From NCBI GenBank assembly GCA_964401295.1, contig CAYNXX010000003.1:1-63927 (forward strand): 63,927 nt of DNA, given 5' to 3'. Under the pieces are notes generated by a model. The model saw only the letters and a list, made by a program, of their open reading frames with translations. It did no database searches and was not told the DNA's origin. Shown here one piece after another: positions 56,670-62,109 of the stretch. Position 1 is the stretch's first letter, and each line of letters starts with the position of its first letter. The position numbers and the translations under genes are program-made. The stretch comes from an uncultured Candidatus Saccharibacteria bacterium. Its GTDB lineage: Bacteria > Patescibacteriota > Minisyncoccia > Minisyncoccales > CAYJUL01.

Positions 56670-57347
56670 TTATGGGTTATCCGTTGCCGTAGCAGTAATC
56701 TGACTCTGATATGTTCCGGATGTCTGCACTTTTGTTGCTCCGGTTTGCGCCCTGAATTTTATAACCTCGGCTTCTCCGCTTGGAGAGGTAGAGGCAGAAC
56801 GATTAATAACCGTGTAGCCAGCAGTGGCAAAACCAAGCCAGCAGGTATCCGTTCCGGCACTTGCGCCAGTACCGCAGGCACTACCATTGTCCAAAAATTT
56901 CGCAACTGTATCCGCGGCAGTCTGGGCTTCAACTGTATAGCCGAAAGCAGAGGCGGCTGAAGCAACGGTGAAAGCATAATCCGGCGTACCGGACTGCGAT
57001 GGACTATAATCCGAAAAACTATCCGTACTGCTGTGTAAGGCCGGCGTTGAACTGGAATTGGCAAGGCTAAAACTGAATCCTGTGCCGTTTGCGGTTTTGA
57101 CGGTCCACGTACACTGACCCGTAGCCGTGCCGCCACCAAGACCAGGAAGGGTTTGCGACATCGTAAAATTAGCGCAGTCGGTAATGGATATTGCCGAACT
57201 TACCACTTGCGTTATGACAACCGCATCGCTCGCGGTCGCGCCGGCGAGATATTCCGGCTCAAAAAGAATCCCGCTGCCAAGGATAAGAAGCAATAATGCG
57301 AAAGAAATGCTTAATACTTTTGAAATGCCTAATATTTTTATTGTCAT
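56670..57347 (-). CDS. Secreted surface protein, paralogue of 54743-55501 (WxL-like by architecture)
   Basis: Signal peptide; FTMSQTLPGLGGGTATGQCTWTV, FSDYSPSQSGTPDY, FLDNGSACG...DTCWLGFAT, GTYQSQITATAT. Confidence 0.5.
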   Translation of the reverse strand: MTIKILGISKVLSISFALLLLILGSGILFEPEYLAGATASDAVVITQVVSSAISITDCANFTMSQTLPGLGGGTATGQCTWTVKTANGTGFSFSLANSSSTPALHSSTDSFSDYSPSQSGTPDYAFTVASAASAFGYTVEAQTAADTVAKFLDNGSACGTGASAGTDTCWLGFATAGYTVINRSASTSPSGEAEVIKFRAQTGATKVQTSGTYQSQITATATDNP

Positions 57348-57369
57348 ATTTTATTTTTAATTTTTAAAT

Positions 57370-58317
57370 TTAGTTTTTCAGCGGAACCATCATATATATA
57401 TAGCTCTGCTGAGCGACTTCGCGGAAAATCGGACGGATAATCCCAGATGTTTCATCTTGCGGTTCAATCGTGACCTCATCAGAAAAAGATTTTGAAAGTT
57501 TATCTTTTAACACTTTATCCTTATCGCTTGACGGCACCACCACCAATCCTTCTTTGCTGCCGGTAATGCGGGTGATGCCCACGTCTTCTCTGAAAGTATC
57601 AAAGCGTTGTTGAATATCATTTATAATTCCCTGCTCCAGCTGATTTGTCTGATTCACGGCATCTCCGGTTGCTAGCAAGTTATTTTGTGTCGGCGGTGGC
57701 GATTTTCCGAAAACGAGAGATTTGGCGCTATTGAAAATATTTTTAATACTCTGCCAAAAACTTGAAGCATCGGCCAAAGCATTTGTCTCACTGATAGAAC
57801 CGGTAAGATTTATTACGCTTGCAATGATACGTTGCAAATTTTCTATTTCCAGCCTCCCATAATTTTGGACAGTATTTCCCGTTGGCACTAATGAATGGTT
57901 GTTGGCATATGGAATCGCGACCCATATCCCAAACAGAATAATCGTCAATAAAATTGCTGCGCCAATGTGTATTAATGGATTAATCGTTTTAAGCAGTCCG
58001 GCGGTATTATATTGTAAATTCGGCTCGCCGACCGGTAAATTTATCGGCGGATATGATTCCAGTTTCTTAATGATTTTAGGTTGTAAAGAAATCTCCATCA
58101 ATGTTTGTTTCTTTATGCTTTTCGTTTCCGGCGCATACATTCCAATTGTTTTAATATATTCTTTTAGCCACTCTTCCGTAGTTACCCAATTTCTGCCAAT
58201 TTTTACTGATTTCAATTTTCCTTGCCGCGCGCGCAAACTTAAATATTCCTGCGAATAATCGCATTGACTAGATGCTTGCGTAAGAGAAATATATTTTATA
58301 TTTTTTATATTTTCCAT
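57370..58317 (-). CDS. Membrane-anchored protein with an N-terminal excisionase/MerR-type helix-turn-helix
   Basis: YISLTQASSQCDYSQEYLSLRARQGKLKSVKIGRNWVTTEEWLKEY (HTH_17-like), one TM segment (IGAAILLTIILFGIWVAI), and an extracytoplasmic C-terminus of about 170 aa. Confidence 0.5.
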   Translation of the reverse strand: MENIKNIKYISLTQASSQCDYSQEYLSLRARQGKLKSVKIGRNWVTTEEWLKEYIKTIGMYAPETKSIKKQTLMEISLQPKIIKKLESYPPINLPVGEPNLQYNTAGLLKTINPLIHIGAAILLTIILFGIWVAIPYANNHSLVPTGNTVQNYGRLEIENLQRIIASVINLTGSISETNALADASSFWQSIKNIFNSAKSLVFGKSPPPTQNNLLATGDAVNQTNQLEQGIINDIQQRFDTFREDVGITRITGSKEGLVVVPSSDKDKVLKDKLSKSFSDEVTIEPQDETSGIIRPIFREVAQQSYIYMMVPLKN

Positions 58318-58331
58318 TGTTTATATTTATA

Positions 58332-58363
58332 CTTCATATCGGATATCGGAATCCGATATGAAG
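58332..58363. other. 12-bp perfect inverted repeat between the SEDS gene and the HTH-TM gene
   Basis: CTTCATATCGGA-N8-TCCGATATGAAG. Either a terminator or an operator candidate. Confidence 0.4.
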
Positions 58364-58466
58364 ACCTTTGAAATTATTTTATTTTCTCTCGATCATAAAG
58401 AGCAGTCAATAGCCTGATATGTGGATAACTAAAAACCACTCCATAGTGGACTGGTAACTTGAAAGT

Positions 58467-59555
58467 TTAATGAGTTTTTATACTTTGCAGAATTCCCAAT
58501 GCAACATAGTTCATTATCAGCCCAGATCCGCCATAACTGACGAATGGCAAGGGAATGCCAACTACCGGGAAAAGACCTAAATTCACAGCTATATTGAGAA
58601 AAGACTGCGAAGCCAAAACAATAACAAAACCAACCGCAAAAAGTCTAACAAAATTATTTGATGCCGTAATTGCTATATGCAAAATACGCCACCAAAGTAA
58701 TAAAACCAGGATTAGAAGAACGCTCACGCTCAAAAAACCGAATTCTTCAGCAATAGAGGCGAAAATGAAGTCGGTTTGGTTTTCTGGTAAAAAACCGTAC
58801 TGGGTTTGTGGCCCCTGACCAAAACCGCGCCCAAATAATTCGCCAGACCCAACGGCTATTTTAGATTGAGCCTGCTGCCAACCAATCCCTAAATAATCTT
58901 TTTGTGGATAAATAAAGGTTAAAATCCTTTCTTTCTGATAATTTTTAAGGACGAAAAACCAGCTAAGACTAAAAATAATAATAAATAAAGTACACAATAA
59001 TAAAAAATGCTTAATTTTTATACCAGATGCAAATAAAATACCTATCCACATGCTTCCTAATATTAAAATCTGGCCAATATCCGGACGAAGAAAAATTAAT
59101 ATGGCTGGTATGCCAATATATATTCCTGATATAAATATATGCCTTAAATTGTAAAGCTCAATATGCCTTTGGGAAAAATATTTAGCTAATAATAAAATTA
59201 TAATTATTTTCATCGGTTCGGCTGGATCTAATGAAAATGAACCTATTTTGTACCAGCTTTTTGTTCCCCTAATTTCTGGCACTAAAAAAAATAATCCAAT
59301 AAGCAAAAAAATGCCAATGATATAAGAAAATAAAATAAAAAATGATTCATTCCGTAAAAATCTCCAGTCGGAAAATCCAATCATTATCATTAAAATAATT
59401 CCAGATATGAAAAAAAATAATTGTTTTTCGAAATTAATAAAATTATTAATTCTTAAAGATGAGCTATAAATGGAAATTAATCCAAAAAAAACCAAAAATA
59501 TAGGAATAATTATTATTCCGGGGTCAAATTTTTTAACAGTTTGAATAAGATTCAT
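58467..59555 (-). CDS. SEDS family peptidoglycan polymerase (FtsW/RodA/SpoVE)
   Basis: 10-TM pattern, ...QTDFIFASIAEEFGF..., PLPFVSYGGSGLI. Confidence 0.9.
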   Translation of the reverse strand: MNLIQTVKKFDPGIIIIPIFLVFFGLISIYSSSLRINNFINFEKQLFFFISGIILMIMIGFSDWRFLRNESFFILFSYIIGIFLLIGLFFLVPEIRGTKSWYKIGSFSLDPAEPMKIIIILLLAKYFSQRHIELYNLRHIFISGIYIGIPAILIFLRPDIGQILILGSMWIGILFASGIKIKHFLLLCTLFIIIFSLSWFFVLKNYQKERILTFIYPQKDYLGIGWQQAQSKIAVGSGELFGRGFGQGPQTQYGFLPENQTDFIFASIAEEFGFLSVSVLLILVLLLWWRILHIAITASNNFVRLFAVGFVIVLASQSFLNIAVNLGLFPVVGIPLPFVSYGGSGLIMNYVALGILQSIKTH

Positions 59556-59595
59556 TAATTAAAATTAAATTACTTTATTACTTATTTATTTAAGT

Positions 59596-59616
59596 GTTTA
59601 AAGTGTCACTTTAAAC
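59596..59616. repeat. Perfect 21-bp palindrome, copy c (pairing extends to 59594-59618)
   Basis: Exact copy, 31 nt downstream of the Y1 transposase stop and 41 nt upstream of the SEDS start codon. Confidence 0.9.
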
Positions 59617-59646
59617 ACGTTTTGGTAGTCGCTTTAGGCTTTAGGA

Positions 59647-60393
59647 TCAAGATAGTTCGATAAAAATAGGATCTGTGTGGTATTTTTTCTTCTCTAGATA
59701 ATTTTTGGTTAATTTTTTGAGTTCCTCATTTGTTAAGGCTATGCCGCCGGCGAAACAATCATTTATCCATTGGCGCTCACCCATCAAAAGAGATGTTCTA
59801 GCCCCAAACAGGTCTTGGAAGCTGGAATAAGGATACTGTTCCAAAAAATCAAAAAAATCGTTCCATTCTCCCACTCCAAGCTTTTTCCAATCCGGTTTCC
59901 AAACATCTATTGCGTTTTTAATGTTTATATAAAATATTAGCCTTGCCAACTGAACATCATCCTTACATAATACCAACCTATATGGTCGTTCAAAAACATT
60001 TCCAGTTCTGTGATGTTTATTATTGAAATATTTTGAAAAAGCTGTTTTCATTTTTTGTGTATATTTGGAAATACCATTTTTAGTATAGGGAGAGACAAGC
60101 AAATGGAAATGATCACGGACCAATATAAAACTCAATATATTTACCAATGGAGGATGTTCTCTGGTAATTAGATTCTTCTGTGGTTCTAAACCGTTTAATA
60201 TTGCATGGACAGCCCTAGTAGTGTCTTCTCTATATATATTAAGATTTGGTCTGCCTATATTTGCGGCATACATATAAAATAAAAAGCGGTCTCGATCAGC
60301 CTCATTATCAAAAACTGCCTTAGAGTCTATGCCCCTATTATAGATATGATAAAAGGCTCCTTTTTTAAAAATAGAATTTCGCGAGATAGACAC
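59647..60393 (-). CDS. IS200-like Y1 (HUH) transposase family protein, RAYT-like
   Basis: FYHIYNRGIDSKAVFDNEADRDRFL..., HUH-type DHFHLLV, ...HRTGNVFERPYR..., ARLIFYINIKNAI (the YIHxNP-like region). The gene is flanked on both sides by the palindrome. Confidence 0.65.
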   Translation of the reverse strand: MSISRNSIFKKGAFYHIYNRGIDSKAVFDNEADRDRFLFYMYAANIGRPNLNIYREDTTRAVHAILNGLEPQKNLITREHPPLVNILSFILVRDHFHLLVSPYTKNGISKYTQKMKTAFSKYFNNKHHRTGNVFERPYRLVLCKDDVQLARLIFYINIKNAIDVWKPDWKKLGVGEWNDFFDFLEQYPYSSFQDLFGARTSLLMGERQWINDCFAGGIALTNEELKKLTKNYLEKKKYHTDPIFIELS

Positions 60394-60471
60394 AATGACG
60401 CATTATAACAAGTACGAGGAAAAATACAAAACCATTTTAACCGCTCGAGCGTTTGTGGACTATTTAAAGAT

Positions 60472-60492
60472 CGTTTAAAGTGTCACTTTAAA
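60472..60492. repeat. Perfect 21-bp palindrome, copy d (pairing extends to 60471-60493)
   Basis: Exact copy, 79 nt upstream of the Y1 transposase start and 71 nt downstream of the stop at 60563. Confidence 0.9.
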
Positions 60493-60562
60493 CGAAATGC
60501 CGCTTATTATTTAGCGGCATGAATTATTGCTTATATTACTGATTGTGAATTATTTAAATATA

Positions 60563-60961
60563 CTAGAAGGTTATCTCTAGGGCGCGACTAACTTCTTTAT
60601 AATAACCTACGGAACGCAAAATTACAGGACCCGTTTGGACAAGCGTAACTTGGTAACAAACGTCTTCTTTGTCTTGAAGACCGATCGGGCAAGTTGTGGC
60701 TCCTCCGCCATTGCCATTCATATCTATAAACCCGGCGTAAGTAAAACCTGCGCCTTGTGTTGAATAATTCTTTTCATAAAGATCTCTCTCAATACCACTA
60801 TCGGCTGCATATAAACTTATGGTTGAAAAACCAATTGTTTTAAGAAGCTGGAGCTGTCCAAAAATAATCGTAGCAACGCCAAGCGCAATCGCCAATAAAA
60901 CCGCCAAAAACGCTAAAGCCAGATACAAAGATACACCTTTTTGCGAGTTAAAATAAAGCAT
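60563..60961 (-). CDS. PilX-N-like minor pilin / pseudopilin-like protein
   Basis: N-terminus QKGVSLYLALAFLAVLLAIALGV resembles the PilX N-terminal segment. Small beta-rich body. Last gene of the pilin-like triplet. Confidence 0.4.
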   Translation of the reverse strand: MLYFNSQKGVSLYLALAFLAVLLAIALGVATIIFGQLQLLKTIGFSTISLYAADSGIERDLYEKNYSTQGAGFTYAGFIDMNGNGGGATTCPIGLQDKEDVCYQVTLVQTGPVILRSVGYYKEVSRALEITF

Positions 60962-60967
60962 TATTAA

Positions 60968-61546
60968 TTATTGCGCTAGGTTTAAATCTCTTTGACTTAT
61001 AGTGGATTGCACATAAACCGATGCTTGTTCTTCATATCTCTGGCCAACTCTTTGCACCTGCAGTAAAAAAGTTACGCGCGGCTGAAGCAAGCCTTGATCT
61101 GCCACAGCTGCTCCATTAAGCATCAGTTTAAAACTCAAGACCTTTAAAGAGGAGCCGGTTATTATATTTTCTGTACCAGCCCGCGATTCTTTAAGCTTAC
61201 CTACGGTTTGGTCTAGAAAAATTTCTTCGCATTCCTGACGATCGTTGATAAATTTTATGCCCAAGCCATCGCGGCTAAGTTCGTAGTTTGTTCCGGCCGC
61301 GGATAGACAACTGGCATCCGAAGCTTTCTTAGCCGTTCTCAAAGATCTTGAAATATATTCTGTAACATAACTGACTTGATCCAAAAGTTCTTGCCGGACT
61401 AAAATTTTTCGCTGAATGCGTATGGCAAAGATAAAAAGGCCGGCAACCATCGTGGTGACGATCGCGAAGACAGCCACACTCACCATAAGTTCAATCAGGG
61501 TAAAGCCTTTTTTTCTGCGTTGAACTGCTAGGTTTGTCATCTCCAA
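60968..61546 (-). CDS. Prepilin-type N-terminal cleavage/methylation domain protein (PilW/GspJ-like minor pilin)
   Basis: KKGFTLIELMVSVAVFAIVTTMV class-III signal. Confidence 0.75.
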   Translation of the reverse strand: MEMTNLAVQRRKKGFTLIELMVSVAVFAIVTTMVAGLFIFAIRIQRKILVRQELLDQVSYVTEYISRSLRTAKKASDASCLSAAGTNYELSRDGLGIKFINDRQECEEIFLDQTVGKLKESRAGTENIITGSSLKVLSFKLMLNGAAVADQGLLQPRVTFLLQVQRVGQRYEEQASVYVQSTISQRDLNLAQ

Positions 61547-62109
61547 TTATATAAAATTTCTTTGGCTACAAATTTATTAGTCTGCCCGCGTTCATCCCAA
61601 CTAACAGTAACGGTTATCTCAAGTTTATCCCATGGCTTCGTTAAAACAGTTTTTACGCTGCTAATAGTTCTTTTAAAATTAGTCTGTTTTCCGCCGATAT
61701 AATAACTGTAAAATCCATTGCTATCCAGAGTTAAGTAAGTGCTGGCAAGAGCCGGGTCGCAAGGGGTGGCCGACTCAACCATGGTGTAATCTATGCCGCA
61801 GTCCGCGGCCGTACCCCCATTCCAATTATCATCAATAAGCCAGTGATAATCCCTGACATTTCTCATCAACTCCAGACCCTCTTGCGCAAGATAAACGGCG
61901 GTTAGGCGCGAAGAAAGCATATTGGAAATGGAAAGACTTTGATTTACAAGCGCAAAAACGCCTACGACTCCGATCACAAGCACAAAAGTTGCGGCTATAA
62001 CTTCAATAATAGTAAAACCGTAAGGTGATTGTTTAAACATTTTTATTTTTGACAAGCCGGGTCCGCGCAAACAACAAGACCTATGATACTCAGCAGCTGA
62101 TCCATCCAA
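61537..62109 (-). CDS. Prepilin-type minor pilin (PilV/GspI-like)
   Basis: SPYGFTIIEVIAATFVLVIGVVGV class-III signal. The real start is most likely the ATG at 62040 (MFKQSPYGFT), 2 nt after the upstream stop. Confidence 0.7.
   Translation of the reverse strand: MDGSAAEYHRSCCLRGPGLSKIKMFKQSPYGFTIIEVIAATFVLVIGVVGVFALVNQSLSISNMLSSRLTAVYLAQEGLELMRNVRDYHWLIDDNWNGGTAADCGIDYTMVESATPCDPALASTYLTLDSNGFYSYYIGGKQTNFKRTISSVKTVLTKPWDKLEITVTVSWDERGQTNKFVAKEILYNWR

Larger units (their letters stand above)
59594..60493 (-). mobile_element. RAYT-like gene bracketed by two identical REP-like palindromes
   Basis: Palindrome copies c (59596-59616) and d (60472-60492) bracket the Y1 transposase gene. No terminal inverted repeats or target duplications typical of other IS families were seen. 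Confidence 0.5.

Noticed and set aside
50798-60492. Identical 21-bp repeats could suggest a CRISPR array
   Set aside because: The copies are 0.9-5 kb apart, separated by full-length genes rather than 25-40 bp spacers. They are perfect palindromes, and no cas genes are present.
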